Shown here: positions 12,630-26,043 of the stretch, piece by piece
Position numbering within the stretch: position 1 is the first letter of the stretch
How the letters are laid out: the number at the start of each line of letters is the position of its first letter
NCBI RefSeq assembly: GCF_009914755.1
Contig: NC_060929.1
Reading direction: 5' to 3' (one strand)
Length of the DNA stretch: 64,000 nucleotides
Source: the human T2T-CHM13v2.0 reference genome, Homo sapiens
Notes under the pieces: model-generated
Seen by the model: only the letters and a program-made list of their open reading frames with translations
The model's database searches: none
Told to the model about the DNA's origin: nothing
Made by a program: the position numbers and the translations under genes

Positions 12630-13355
12630 ACATGAAAAAAATGCTCAAAACCATTAGTCATCTAAGGAGATGCAAATTATAAGGAGTTAACACTACATGT
12701 CCACTAAGAAGGCTCAAATTGAGATGCCTTAAAATGCAGTGTTGATGAAGATATGGAGCAACTAGAACTTTAATGCACTGCTGGTGGGAATGTGAAATGG
12801 CTCAAGCACTTTTGAAAACAGTATGACAACTTCTTATAAAGTTAGCCATATAACCAGAAATGAAAACATATGTTTGCACAAAAATGTCCATACTGCTTTT
12901 ATTCAAAATTGTCAAAGCCTGGAAACAAGACAAATATCCATCAGCATATGAATGAAGAAACAAATTATAATACTTTTGTACAATGGGATACTACTTAGCA
13001 ATAAAAAGGAACAAACTATTGAAACATGCAAAAACTTGGATGAATATAAAATACATTATGCTGAATGAAAGAAACCCAAACTAAAAGAATATATATTTTT
13101 ATCACTCCATGTATAGGAAAGCCTATAGTAGATAAAACTATAGTGCCTAAAAGCAAATCAGGATGGTCTGGGAGAAGAAATGGGGAGTCTCAACAAAGAA
13201 GAATGAGGAAATTTTCGTGACTAATGGAAATGTTCTGAATCTTGATTAAGATGGTCGTTTTCCAGATGTGTACATTTGTCTGAACTCATTGAATTGTACA
13301 TTTGAAATGGATACATTTTATTTATATAAATTATAGCTCAGTGGGGTGATTAAAA
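12630..13355 (+). mobile_element. Old L1M (L1MD/L1ME-type) ORF2 end and 3' UTR
   Basis: ggagatgcaaatt, ggagcaactagaact...ctgctggtgggaatgtgaaatgg, actacttagcaataaaaaggaac, aactcattgaattgtaca. Confidence 0.85.
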
Positions 13356-14013
13356 CACTTAAGAATATTTTCAAAGTTATTTTTGGGATGAAATGTTATA
13401 TTAGATAATTCTGAGGCAGTCTAATTTTTCTTCATTTACAGATAAATTTTCATTTCTGCCTAGATCCTAAAAAGATCTTGTTTTCTTCATTTTTGTAGAT
13501 TAGTACATGTTTAAATCTGAATCTCTTTTCATGAATCTTGTTCGTGCTTTCATAATGCCTTCAATCTGAAAGATTTGGAAAGCTGTAATTTTTTTGCTCT
13601 CTATTTTTTTCTTCTCTTTCTCCTTCCTCTGTTGCTTATTTTCTTCCAGTAATTTTGATCTCTCCTCTTGAAACATGATATATTGTTGTTTAACCCTCTT
13701 CTATTCCCATCTTTTCTAATTTTTTAAATCTCTCTGCCTTTCTGAGAACTTCTTAAGTTTCTTCACGCTGACTCCATTTTCCTGAGACCCAAAAATGCTT
13801 CTTACACTAGCACTGGAGTTTATTTTAATCGTGAATTATAGCTTCAGTTTATTTATATCCTTTCTTTGTCTTACACTACTACCTTTTATTTTCTCTTGTA
13901 TTCTTTCATTGTGGCTTTTACTCCATTTCTCCAAACACAGCACTTCTTTCATTCATTTATTTCTATAATTTTATTCTGGTTGCCCATCAGAAATAATTTT
14001 TAGAGTGGGTCCT

Positions 14014-14380
14014 TGTGTCCATTGAGATTCTTTTGGTGCATACAACAGAAAATGATTCTAAATTAAGGAAGAAAAAACACGTTCAATGGCTTACAAAACC
14101 AGGGGGACTGGAAGGAGCCAAGGTAACAGGCTGATGGTAGGAATCACACACTATTGCAGTGATGAAAAACTCCAACCCCTCTTCAAGACTAAATGCCAGG
14201 CAGGGGCACTAGTTTATCTCAATTGAGTCAGATAACTGTCTCTTGGCTAGAAACCAGGGGGACTTCCCAAATACAGTCTCAAGGTATTGTCTCCAATAGA
14301 GAAATATTAATTCCTGAAATATAAAAAGATCTGTTAGGAAAGGAAGTAAGTTTTTGGTCACCAAACCCAACAGATACCCC
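14014..14380 (-). mobile_element. Possible old MaLR/ERVL LTR inside degraded L1M sequence
   Basis: tgtgtccattgagattcttttggtgcatacaacagaaaatgattc resembles an antisense MLT1/LTR33-type end; weak. Confidence 0.35.
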
Positions 14381-16924
14381 AAATAATCTTCTGAATTGTT
14401 AGGATGGTATTTCTCTCTCATTGTCCTGATGTATATCTTCTTAAGTATCTTGCTTCTTGTTTTTGCTGTTTTCTTGTTTATTCATCCTGGAATGAGGGGA
14501 GATCTCTGCAGACCCTGTATTTGCCAATGGATATAGTAAGGCTTTTTTCTCCTGTGTTAATCCCAGCTGATTCATTGATAAACTTATTCAGCAGGATGGA
14601 TGAAAATTCACACTCCCAAGAATTTAGTGCTTTGAGGCTTTAAAAAGGCTTCTACTCTTTTACATTTTTTGACTAATTTACAAGAATTAAACTTATCAAG
14701 ATGGAAAGGGACACAGCTCCTTTCTCCGTTTACTCCTGTTTTATTGTTATGGTGGAGTTGAAACTGTCTAGTGAATATAATAGGATTTCTATTGGGATGC
14801 TTTTCTCTAGCCACCTCTTATAGCAGTGGGTCTGTGACTGATAGTTCTAAATGGTACAGGGCTGGGTTACTGAGTTGGAGGACAGCCAGAAGAGCAGCCC
14901 AAACAGGAGAGTCTGTCTAGGTCCTTTCAGGCTGCTGTGTCAGCTTGTTTTCTGCTGCTAAAGCCTGTGTCAGTTGCCCAAGAATAATCAAAGCTTACTT
15001 GTAGGTTTTGTATTAGTAGATCTTTCTTATAATTTTTAAGTATTTTTTTAGTGTCACTATGTGTTTTTTAAGTGTTAATGATTTTATAGATGCTTTATCA
15101 GAATATTAGAAGAGATATCAGTAACCACCATTTATCACAGATTCCATTTACTAAAGTAGATAGAATATGTATAGTAGAATACGCACTTATCACATATTCT
15201 ATTTATTAAAGTAGCAACATATTTAAGCATTAGATATTTAAAGAGTGCCTTGTTTGTTTTCTGTGCCAATTAGAGGTACCTTCAGGATTGCAAAGGAAGA
15301 TGGGAAATGAAAAGGTTTCTCTATGGGAGGCTTTTGGAGTTTGCCTACTTTTTCTCACTTCCACCTTGGGTAGTACTTTTGCTGATTCATTTAGCAAATC
15401 CTTATCCCCAGACAGGCCTGTGATCAGCTCTCCTGGAGGCTGATCACCATCTATAACAAGTGATTGGACTCCATGTTGGGAGAGACATTTATTTTTTCAA
15501 GAATAAGGATTTAAGAATTTCTTTGAGATACATTCACAGAATTACTTCAATCAAATGCATGTTTGTGCCATTGTCTTCCTTATAATGGTATTAAAATATG
15601 TTCTATTAAATATTAGAAGTCTGATGGTTTTTTTGAAAAAATATAATTTCTGTAGAGGTTTATCACAATAACTAGGGCTGTTTATGAAACTGCTGCTACA
15701 AGGGAAAAAAAACAGGCTGGCCCACTCATACCAATATGGAAGAGAGAACAGCAAATGAACAAAGTGAAAAGGCCAGTTTTTCTGTTTTCCCTGACTATTC
15801 AAAAGTATCTAATATAATTTGTTCCAGTGCTGAGGGCAATTAGAATCTATATCTCTAAACTCTTTGACTGAAGTAAGCTCTAAGCAAAGGAAAAAAGACA
15901 AGGTATAACTCAGAGAAAAATTTAACCCATTCATCAAAATTAAGCCACATGAATAAGTAAAGCTAGGCATAAAGAAGAGAGAAAACGTATTTCATTTTTA
16001 TCTTTTTCTCCAAGTTGAAGTCAAATGCATGGGAAAAACCTCAGTGCATTTCATTTCTGATGCTTTTGAAGTCTTTTCTTGAAACTGCAAATTATTGCTT
16101 TACATCTTAACATCAAGCTCTAAAAGTGATTGTTGTTTATTCTGGAAGTTCGGTTTTTAAAAATTCCTTCTTGTCAAAGAGGAATAAATCCTGACAGGCA
16201 TATAACAAGAACCAGTGCTCCTTTTTATAGCAAAGGGTCTATAAAATAAAAATGCTCCTGAGTAAAAAAGTGACCTCCAAAGAGACTTTATTAAAAACGT
16301 CTTATTATGGAATTCAGTATATCACTTTGGAGGGCTAGTTAGGTGGCAACCATATTGGAGACCTATTATTGTTTTCCGCATAATAGTAAATATCAAAATA
16401 ATAAGCATTTGACATATTTCACTTGGAAGAAGTCAAACTCTCTGAAGGTTTTTCTGAGTTGACTGACATCTGACAGGGAATCCCTAATCCCTTCCCTCTA
16501 AATGATTGCCTGTGATCTCAGGGTTTTGACCCTGCATTTGTCTGCTTTTTGTGAGCTTCTCAATAGAAAGATGCTATCAAGTGCGTGTGTGGTATGGGAA
16601 TTGGCTCACAAGACAAGGTTGCACAGGGTTTATGTAGCCATGTGTTTCCATAAAGTCTACAACTGCAATATTCAGGCGGAGAGATAAGAACAGTTTTTTT
16701 TAAAGAAGAATATCTTATTATTTTGTCAAAACTCTTGGAAATCTATGAATACTAAAGCCAAATTAAATGAAACAAATACTTCTTACGTTGGTTTTATTTT
16801 TACTCTCTTATTTCAAGTGGCTTTTGAAAGCCCTTTGCTTCATTTGGAAGCATTCCTTTGGCCATGGCACATGAGAGGGGGAAGACCTATTACAAAAGGG
16901 AATAAAAATTACTTAATCTTAATT

Positions 16925-17340
16925 CATAAAATCTTAGATTAGAAGCAACCTTTGAGATCATCAGTCCAATCTCTTTCTGAAGATAATCATCTAGGCTCGC
17001 TTGAGCATTTCTAGTGATTAGAAACTCATTATGTTTTAGAGAGTCATTCTCTTTGGGGAAATTACTAGAAGATCTTTCTTATCTTGAGATTAAATCTGCA
17101 TACCTGTTAACTTCTACATCTCAGAGCAATACAAAGAAGATGATTAATCATTTCATTTAAAAATAGTTATCTTAGGCCTCTTCAAATGTTTGAAGAAAGT
17201 TTCCATGTCCCCACCTGAGTCTCCCCCTCAACCTCTTTCCCAAGGTTAAACATATTCACTTCCTTCAACCATTTCTCAGAGAAAAAAGTTTTCAGAGTTT
17301 TATCAGACCAGTCACCTCTGCATGAAATGACAGTATCTCT
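16925..17340 (-). mobile_element. L3/CR1 LINE 3' fragment
   Basis: cttcaaatgtttgaagaaagtttccatgtcccc, aggttaaacatattcacttccttcaaccattt and tagaagatctttcttatcttgag match antisense L3. Confidence 0.7.
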
Positions 17341-17380
17341 CTACAAATTTCAGCTTAGTTTTGGCCAAGTAAGATCACTT

Positions 17381-17505
17381 TAAGGAGTTCTCAACCCTGC
17401 CCATGCATTTGAGTCGCCTGGAGAACCTTGACAAGTTTTACTTCCTTTGTAGACATTCGATTTCAGTTGATATGGGATGAGACCTGGACATTAGAATTTT
17501 CTAAT
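17381..17505. mobile_element. MER5-type hAT-Charlie fragment
   Basis: gttctcaaccctg...gagtcgcctggaga...gatttcagttgatatgggatgagacctgg. Confidence 0.65.
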
Positions 17506-18834
17506 GTAAAAGAAATAAAACCCCTTCTACTGAAATCACCTGAGTCCCAGGCAGGGCTTTAGAATTGAGAGCAAAGCTAGTTAATAAATGTATGACAAGG
17601 CCCAGCTGAATTTTGAGCAGGCTATCTAAACATTTCAGGAGAAGATGATATTTACCATTTACCAAGAAGCCTGGTATCAGGCTAAGTGTGAACTAATTTA
17701 AATACAAAACAATAAATAAGAGCCTGAGGCTCAGAGCAACTAAGTGACGTGACCAAGATGATATTGGCCACAACAAAGAGGCAAGGAGATTCCATACTAG
17801 GCTATAGAGACCTTGAGCCAACCTCTTTTTGGATAAACTGGTTTTCCTTCTTCCATTACTGTCTCTTCTAGAACAAGGGCCTGAAATGGAAATGGTGGCT
17901 GTTGGACCACAAGAGTCAGTTGCTCTTAGGCTGCTTCCAAGCCTAGTGTGAGAGAACACTGAGTGAGGCCCTTTGCTATCCAGATTACTGAGGCAGTCCT
18001 GGGTAAGGTGGGCCTCTCCCACTAGTGCCCTTGCCCTGCATCCTTGCCTACCAAGCATCCTGAATACAGGAGGTAAAACTAGGGGTGGAGGACAGTGCTG
18101 TTCAGAGACTGAGTGGCCTGGCTGCAAGGACATTTAGCACAGAGGAAGCCAGTAGGGTTTGGTGACAGTCCCTACCATGGCCTTCATGTTCATTCCCCTT
18201 CGATACTTCAAACCAGAGCAGCGGGCCTTTCTCCAACAAGTATGTGAGAAAAAAAAATGGGATGGACACTTGGAACTGAGTAAAGAAACAGATCAATTTG
18301 ACATACTGAGCATTCATTCCCAAGATCCTTATATAGCTGAAGAACTATCTGGTACATATATATCAACCATGTTAAATACTATTCACCATGGTCTGACCAT
18401 CCCACACAAACCACTTCCTCAGGGCACGTCCTTCATCCCTGGCATCCCAAACCCCGTGTGGGTTCTCGTGGAGCTTTTTTAGTAAGGGCAGTCATGAGAA
18501 AGCTTGGAGTCTCTGGAGGACCATTTTCTTTTACTTACTTTTGTCATGTTATTTTAAAAAGAAAAAAAAAGCTTTGCCTTTTTAGGTTCATCTGTGTTTG
18601 ATTTTTAGGTGATTACTTTAGCCTATGAACCTGTAAGCATTCAGGGACTGGGTTAAAATCCTGCCTGTTACTTACAAATATTGACCCTGACAAGTGACAA
18701 GTAGTGATCTGTTTATGAAATACGTTTTGTTTTTAAATCTGTTGAGGAACAGACTTGAGCCAGATTAGTCTTGTATCTCACTAAAACTTTAGCCATAAGA
18801 AATATGTATTGTTTTCTTAAGAGTTTGCTCATTG

Positions 18835-19235
18835 ACTATTTTAGTGTCGGTTCCCCTGGAAGTAGACCTTGAGTCAACAATTTGAGTGCAGAAGTTATTT
18901 GGGAGTCAAGGAACACTAGCTTGGGCAAGGGGAATTGATGTAGGGAAGGAAAGAGAAAATAACAAGTGAATTATTAGGCCACCTCTCACAGTGGGGTAGC
19001 ATAATTGCATGGAGAAACTCTAGAAAGGTAGTGTAAAACAAGTCTTAGAATTATCCTGCCAAGGAGTAAAGGAGAGGGGATATTTATGCCCCCACATCCA
19101 TTAGTCATTGGACAGGGACTTTCTCTGGTAGTTCTCACGTCTACTCTTTAAAGATGCAGAGGCTGGCTGGTGGAAGCCTGGTTGGGCATGCATGAAAATA
19201 ATACGTGGGTGAGAAGAAATTTGAGGGAAACACAT
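18835..19235 (-). mobile_element. LTR16-family (LTR16C-like) ERVL solo LTR
   Basis: ggttcccctggaagtagaccttgag...gagtgcagaagttatttgggag...gaattatcctgcc...tagtcattgg. Confidence 0.75.
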
Positions 19236-19691
19236 TAGACATGTTAAATGTGGTAACTAAGAGGAATAAGGGAGTTTGTTGCATCTGGAAAGAGAGATAT
19301 AAGCAAAAAAAGTTATAAAAATTGTGTTTGTAATTTAAAAATTAGTGTTTTCTACAAGTCTTCAATCAATTTTTTTCTTAAGCCATTATTACCAGAACTG
19401 TACGTAATTTTCTAGAAGTATAAATTAAAATGGGTTTTGGCTCATACTCATCTCTAGAGATTTTTGAATCCTGAGTCTCTCTTCCAAAATATTTATTATT
19501 TCTCCCAAACTAATGTTAATTTAATTCAATCTATGTGTATGTACTTGATATGTAATTTCTACTCAGCACAGTGCTTGCCACTTACTAAAGAAGCTTAGAG
19601 TGAGAATCCAAGTGTTTCAGTGTCAACATATTGCAATTTAAAAATTTTAAACTAGGTATATCCAGGTGTCCAAAAGTGCACATATGACCAT

Positions 19692-20254
19692 TGTGACAGT
19701 TAAAAGACAGCCACAAGTTCTTTGGCATTCCTCTATTGAGAGGTGGGTCTGTGTTCCCTGTCCTTTAGTTCTGGTTGGGCTCTGTGACTACTTTGATTAA
19801 TAGAATGTGGCAGAAGCAATGCTGTGCCAGTTTGCAGGTCCTAACCATATGGTGCAGTGCCAGCGGCTTCTACTTCCCATATCTGGAAATACTTATATTT
19901 GCAGTGTTTCCTCTGGGTAATCCACTGCCAGGATGTGAAACTCCAAAGCCACCTGATGAAGCCTTGTGTAGGTGCCCCTATCAGTAGCCACAGCTGAACT
20001 CCCAACAGATAGCCAGAATCAACTGCCAGCCATAATAACAGTCCATTTTGGGTACTGAGCCCAGTCAAGAGTTTCCATGACTGCTTTGCCAGCTAATATC
20101 TAACTATAACCTCATGGGACACCCTGCATGAGCCTAGTCGACTGACAGAACCATGAGAAATAATAAAAGCAATTTAGTTTTAAGGTACTGAATTTTTCAT
20201 TGAGGGGTGGGGTTAGTGGGGGGAATTGTTACACTGTAATAAATAAGTGGAACA
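19692..20254 (+). mobile_element. MaLR solo LTR, MLT1G/MLT1H-like
   Basis: tgtgacagttaaaagacagccacaagttcttt...aatagaatgtggcagaag...cagaaccatgagaaataataaa...ggaaca. Confidence 0.85.
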
Positions 20255-20664
20255 TCTATGTGGGTTTTAGGGATGGTTTCTTAGAGTTGTAAGAAGGTCA
20301 CTTATATAAGACCTTCTTATTGTACACAAGATGTTCACTTATTTTGAGTTAGAGGATGAGTATGAGTTATCCATAAAACAAAGTTAAAGAAAATGATAAG
20401 AGCAAAAAGAGCCTAGTACGTTCGGGAAAATGCAAGCAATTTAGCTTTACTGAGACTAAAATGATAATAAGGAAAGCTAGAAAATTGGGTCCATTGTTCA
20501 AAGAGGTTTCTATGTACTATGTTGAGGATCTGGTGCTCAGTCTTCTAAGTGGTTCTAATTGTTCTCAGAAAGCTAACAGTCTGAAGTCTTCAACTAATTG
20601 GATAATAATGAACTGAGGGGTTCATCCAAGTTGTCTCCAAATATGTTAATCGGCTTTGATCAGG

Positions 20665-20905
20665 CTCATTCATTCATTCGTTCAAAGATTTATTGAGCTC
20701 TTACTGGGTGCTAGGTGTTAAAGGGATCAGAAAACCAATAAGTCATAGTTCCGTTCCCTCAAATGCTTAGAGTGTCTTTGATATTCAGATGTATAGGAAA
20801 AAGTTAAAAAAGACACAGAGTCAAAGATGATACATGGAAAATTACACCTTCTGAATGCTCTAGGAGTTAAGAGAAGAAAACACGATTGTGGATTCCCACC
20901 CAAGA
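20665..20905 (-). mobile_element. L2 LINE 3' end
   Basis: (TCAT)n tail then atttattgagctcttactgggtgctagg. Confidence 0.75.
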
Positions 20906-20908
20906 GGG

Positions 20909-21420
20909 TGTTCTTGAGCAAATAGGCTCACTTCCTAATGTGCACAAAAGCCAATCGCAGTGGCGTTGGCTTTTGAGAAAAGAAAAGCTCTATTGCAAAA
21001 CCAGCCAGTAAGAAGACAGTAGTCAAGATCAAATCTATCTCCCAGGTTTAAGTTCTGGGGCAAGTTTTAAGGAATCAGAGGGCAACGGAAAGGATTTAGG
21101 GATGTTGGCTTGGCAGGGTCTGATTGGAGGGCTTCAAATTTGACCATTTATGGTAAGGCACGCTGAGGCAGATTTTTGGCCTAGATCTTCCAGGCCAATG
21201 GACACCTTGCTTCTGAAAGAGCTCTGGTGTTCAGGTTCTGGTCATGTCCCAGTCTTGGCTCTGAGGGGAGGAATCACTGGTCCTAGATATTGTTAGAAAC
21301 CAAGGCTTTTTGTACTGTCCAGGTTACATGACTTGTTTTTGACTCTGTTACACTTACTAGGTAACTCAACATTTTGTTATCAACATAGTAGGGTAAGCTT
21401 GGGCGGGTCCCACGGTTACA
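20909..21420 (-). mobile_element. ERV1 MER4-group solo LTR (MER66/MER73-like)
   Basis: TG...CA termini; ggcttttgagaaaagaaaagctctattgc and aaatctatctccc; flanks gaggg and aaggg form a near TSD. Confidence 0.7.
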
Positions 21421-21524
21421 AAGGGACTGTGGTTATTTATATCTTGGGAAGGAACTAACACTATCTCAACCCAATCCCACAGGAATACTCACTTTCAAAA
21501 AAGACTGATTAGGTATTTTATAAA

Positions 21525-22145
<621 letters not shown>

Positions 22146-22990
22146 ATTATTATACTATGGAATTTATCTGAATGTGTTTTATGAAACATAACTTTTTAAT
22201 GACAAGTTGATAACCTACTTTTACTTTCTTTGTATATTAGCTATCGGCGCTCTTAAAAAATAACAGAAATATTATATAATCAAACCATCCATCTATCAGT
22301 CTATTATTTGGCTATTTTACACCATTTTTACCTTAATGTATAACATAGTATACATCTTATATACTAGATATATACTTATAGCATACATCTATAAGTAATG
22401 TATAAGATAGAACTAAATTGATTTTTATTGCTATGGATACTTTTTGATAAGTAAAATAGAATTAGAATTTTATTTCGTAGATGGGGGACAGTAACCCAAA
22501 TATTTGATTAAGCTCTGAAAGCTGAAATGCATGAATGCTGCTGGTTGAAAGCATGTCTGTACCATAGTTTTTACCTTTCTTTTGTTCTTGTTTGAACTTC
22601 ATTCAATTTGGCCAATTTAGCCTGAGAGAAAGTGGCTTTCAGTGAAAAGAATGTTGGTGAAGAGAGAGCAGACAGCTGTGGCAAGAGAGAGTGAGGCTTT
22701 TGCTTGCATAGTAAGGCAGAGCAGAGGCTGTCCCCAGAGATCCCACACACATCACAGGGACGGCATCTGCATGACTGGCTGAGTTGCTGTTTCTTTTGTT
22801 TTGATTTCCCCCAGTCCCCCACCCTGCCCCATCTCCAACAAAGCCATATTTAGTTAGTACTCTTAAGAAAATCACAGCCTCATTAGTTTACAAAGACAAT
22901 TAGGAACAAACAGACCAGTACTTGCTAACTTCTCATCTTTAAATAGACCAGACCCAGAGAGATGAATTGTTTGGAAATGCTGATAGAGGC

Positions 22991-23190
22991 AACAATAATA
23001 ACAGCAGCTACCATTTACCGAGAATATATTATATGCCAGGCTCTGGTCTAAGCATTACGTTCTTTATTCTTCAAAGCAACCTCATGAGGTGGGAGCTATC
23101 ACAACCCTGTTTTAAAACTGTAACAACAGGCTCAGAGATTGTCAGTAACTCATGAGAGCCACAAAGTTGATAAGGATTCAAGTCAGGACT
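22991..23190 (-). mobile_element. MIR SINE
   Basis: aataacagcagctaccatttaccgag...tatgccaggc...caacctcatgaggtggg...aggctcagaga. Confidence 0.85.
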
Positions 23191-23596
23191 TGAATTGGCT
23201 AGGTTCTGAGAAGAGTAACCTGTGACTCTCTTAGGACATTGTTTATCAAAGGTAGGTAAGAGTGCCTGGCTTTGTTTGTTTTATTATTATTATTATTTGT
23301 CTGATGCTTGGAAAATTCCCTTCTCTCTGAATCTGGCAATGTCACACTCATAGTTCACCTTAGATGCATTTTTACCTCTCTATTTGGTGGCTCTTGTTGG
23401 GAATTGTGAACTCTCATTGAAGTCACTGTTGGTGATAGTTGAATAAATCTAGCAGAGGCTGGAAAAACAGAGTTGGCTGCTTAATGAGTGGTGATCAAAG
23501 CAAGTCAGAAGAATCCACATGCAGAACTGGCAACCCTGTCCCTCACTGCAGCAGTTGTGGAACCAGTTCTCCTAATAGACTCAAAGCATTTGGGTA

Positions 23597-23664
23597 ATTT
23601 TGCAGGATGCTAATTTTAAAAAAATATTTTTTTGCTTATTTTGCATGATGCTAATTTTAAAAAA
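23597..23664. repeat. 27-bp direct repeat, period 41
   Basis: attttgca(g/t)gatgctaattttaaaaaa at 23597 and 23638. Confidence 0.85.
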
Positions 23665-24339
23665 GCATATCTGTAAGATTTCCCAAAATCCTATTCTGAG
23701 ATTTTCTTAGTCCCAATTAAGATATCACATGGCATTAATGGATTTTTTTTTTTTTTAAAGACCACGTTTTGAAGGTGCTCGGGCTTTAGAATGTGCAATC
23801 TTTTCTGCTCTCCGTCCTTCTCTCATTTCCCCTCTTGACGTTTTGGGATCCGGCAGGCACCCTCTTGACATCAGACCCAGAATATGTGTATTAGTGGCAG
23901 CTGCCAAGGGAATAAACAGGACACAACAGATGTGGCGACAGCCGGAGTGGACTCAGTTCATTTTGAATGGTTTTTCAAGTGAGGCTCAGCCAGGCAGCTC
24001 ACAGACCTCATCATGTGTTTTTGTTCTTGTTTTTGTTAGTTAAAAGGCTAGTTAAAGGTACAATACATTTGTACATGAATAAAGAAGTCTTAGAAGAATT
24101 TAAAAATATAATATTTTCATCTGAAGACCTACATTTAAAAGAGGGCTTCCTAGCATGCTTAGTCTCCAAAACATATGTAACAGTTTATGTCGACTGCATC
24201 TCTAGTTATTGACCATGGCAAAGCTTTCCTAGATAAATTTCCCTAGAAAGAAAGTCAACAAATCTTTTAAATCCTCAGCCTCCAGATCACTTCAGCTGGG
24301 ACTCTGGGGACCAAGCCTGAACTTGGTTCCCATTTGATC

Positions 24340-24421
24340 CATCTGGGGTTTAGCCTACCCACCTGGATTTCAAAAGGCTCCCCAGGTAGCTCTATTATAT
24401 AACCAAAGTTGAGAACCATCG
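24340..24421. mobile_element. MER5-type fragment
   Basis: aggctccccaggtagctcta...ccaaagttgagaacca. Confidence 0.6.
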
Positions 24422-24594
24422 ATCTGGAAAGATTTCATCTTTCCAGGGCAATTTCCCTGGGCAATCATGATGGCCCAGGGGTAGGGAAGTTCACAATCCT
24501 TTCCCTTTTGACAGGTTTATCATGAGTTGGGACTAATTAAAAAGCCTATGGAGAAAGAGATTGAATCCAAAGCTGTCATCATCATTTCCTATCA

Positions 24595-24750
24595 GTGTGA
24601 CTTTGTTTAACCTCTGTAGTTTGGTGTCCTACTTTTAAAATTACAATAATAGCACCTTTCTGTGGGGTTGCTTTTAAAACTAAATGAGATCATTCTTGGA
24701 AAGTATCTAGCATAGATCCTGGTGTTTAGTAAGTGTTTAATAAAGATTGG
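24595..24750 (+). mobile_element. MIR fragment
   Basis: ttaacctctgtagtt...aataatagcacct...taaatgagat...cctggtgtttagtaagtgtttaataaa. Confidence 0.7.
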
Positions 24751-24812
24751 TTTCCTGATGCGCCTCTCCTTGTCATTCTGTTGAGGCCAGCCGCATTTGA
24801 GAACACCTCTGT

Positions 24813-24814
<2 letters not shown>

Positions 24815-24853
<39 letters not shown>
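24815..24853. repeat. (AC)n(AT)n microsatellite
   Basis: Directly visible. Confidence 0.95.
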
Positions 24854-24854
<1 letters not shown>

Positions 24855-25249
24855 TTCATATTTATGTTGACTTCTTCCTAGGAAATGGGTTATGATCTAG
24901 ATAAAATGGAAATGCTTAATAAATACTTGTTGACTTGAAGTGGATAATGAGGTTGATGTCCATTCTCCGGTGGGAGATGCTATGGCTGGGGAGACATTAA
25001 CACAGAGAGAAGAGGAATATTATCGAGTCTTTACCCCACAGTTTCCTTTACATGTGTTTATCCCTGGGTAACAAAAGAATTCTAAGGTATACCTTCAGAA
25101 TGAAGAAAAACAGTACTTTCTGGCATCACACAATGCCCTCCAGTTTTGGCCTTCAGATACATTTTATGTGGAGTAGATGGGCACTTTACTTGTGTTGGTT
25201 TGACACATTTGGGTTTCATATCAGATTTTAATTGACGAAAATCATTTTT

Positions 25250-25380
25250 CTGTTAGAGAATTTTGATGATCATTTCTAGTCTACCTTCCTCTACAGATGG
25301 GGGAACTGAGGCCCTACGAAGTTAAATGATCTGCCAAGTTATCCCTGAAAGTAAGTGACAGAACCGGGTGGTGTCCTCGG
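25250..25380 (-). mobile_element. MIR/MIR3 fragment
   Basis: tacagatgggggaactgaggccc...gttaaatgatctgccaag...agtgacagaaccggg. Confidence 0.7.
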
Positions 25381-25424
25381 CTCTCCCAGTCTCCTCTCTG
25401 GCCTTCCGGTCTTTCCTGCATAGT

Positions 25425-25550
25425 CTATGGTGGTGTTTATCTGACCTGAATGCAGGTCAGCATCACCTGGGGAATCTTGTTAAAATACGCATTCTGATTC
25501 AGTAGGTCTGGGGCAGGTCTGAGTCTTCATTCTTACATGCTCTCAGTTGC
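25425..25550. mobile_element. MER5A fragment
   Basis: cagcatcacctggggaatcttgttaaaat...attctgattcagtaggtctggggcagg. Confidence 0.75.
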
Positions 25551-26043
25551 CAGAATGAAACAGCCTTCAAGTGTTAACAGTGACTTCCTAGCATTTTGCT
25601 TAGGTGCTATGCAGACTTTAAGATTCACCTCTAACTGGCACGTTTTCAATCTCTTACCTTTTCTAACATGGATGCTCTCATTTGCAATGAATCTCCTCTT
25701 CTTTCCACTGATCAGAACCCCATGATTCAGCCAAGACTTCCCTCACTATTTCAGTCTCTCACTATTTCATTCATCTCCTCTCAACTCTCACAAATTAACA
25801 TTTAATTATTGTCTTGATGTTTCCACAGATTGTTTTGTATGTGTTAACTTCTTTATAACTAGATCATAAGCCCCTTTAGATGAGAATTATAGCCTGACTT
25901 TTTACAATGCTGAATATGTGTAAATGGTTAATAAATATGCATAGGCTAAGAAAATCTTCCCACGTCAGTTTGAGTGATGCATGGTAATGAGGGATTGCTG
26001 ACTTCCTTATTCGTGAGTGTATCCTAAAGTAAACGCCACTGTC

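Noticed and set aside
17693-18482. Longest ORF (146 aa, minus) and the adjacent 107-aa ORF (plus)
   Set aside because: No recognisable domain, no supported exon structure, and lengths are compatible with chance in 64 kb
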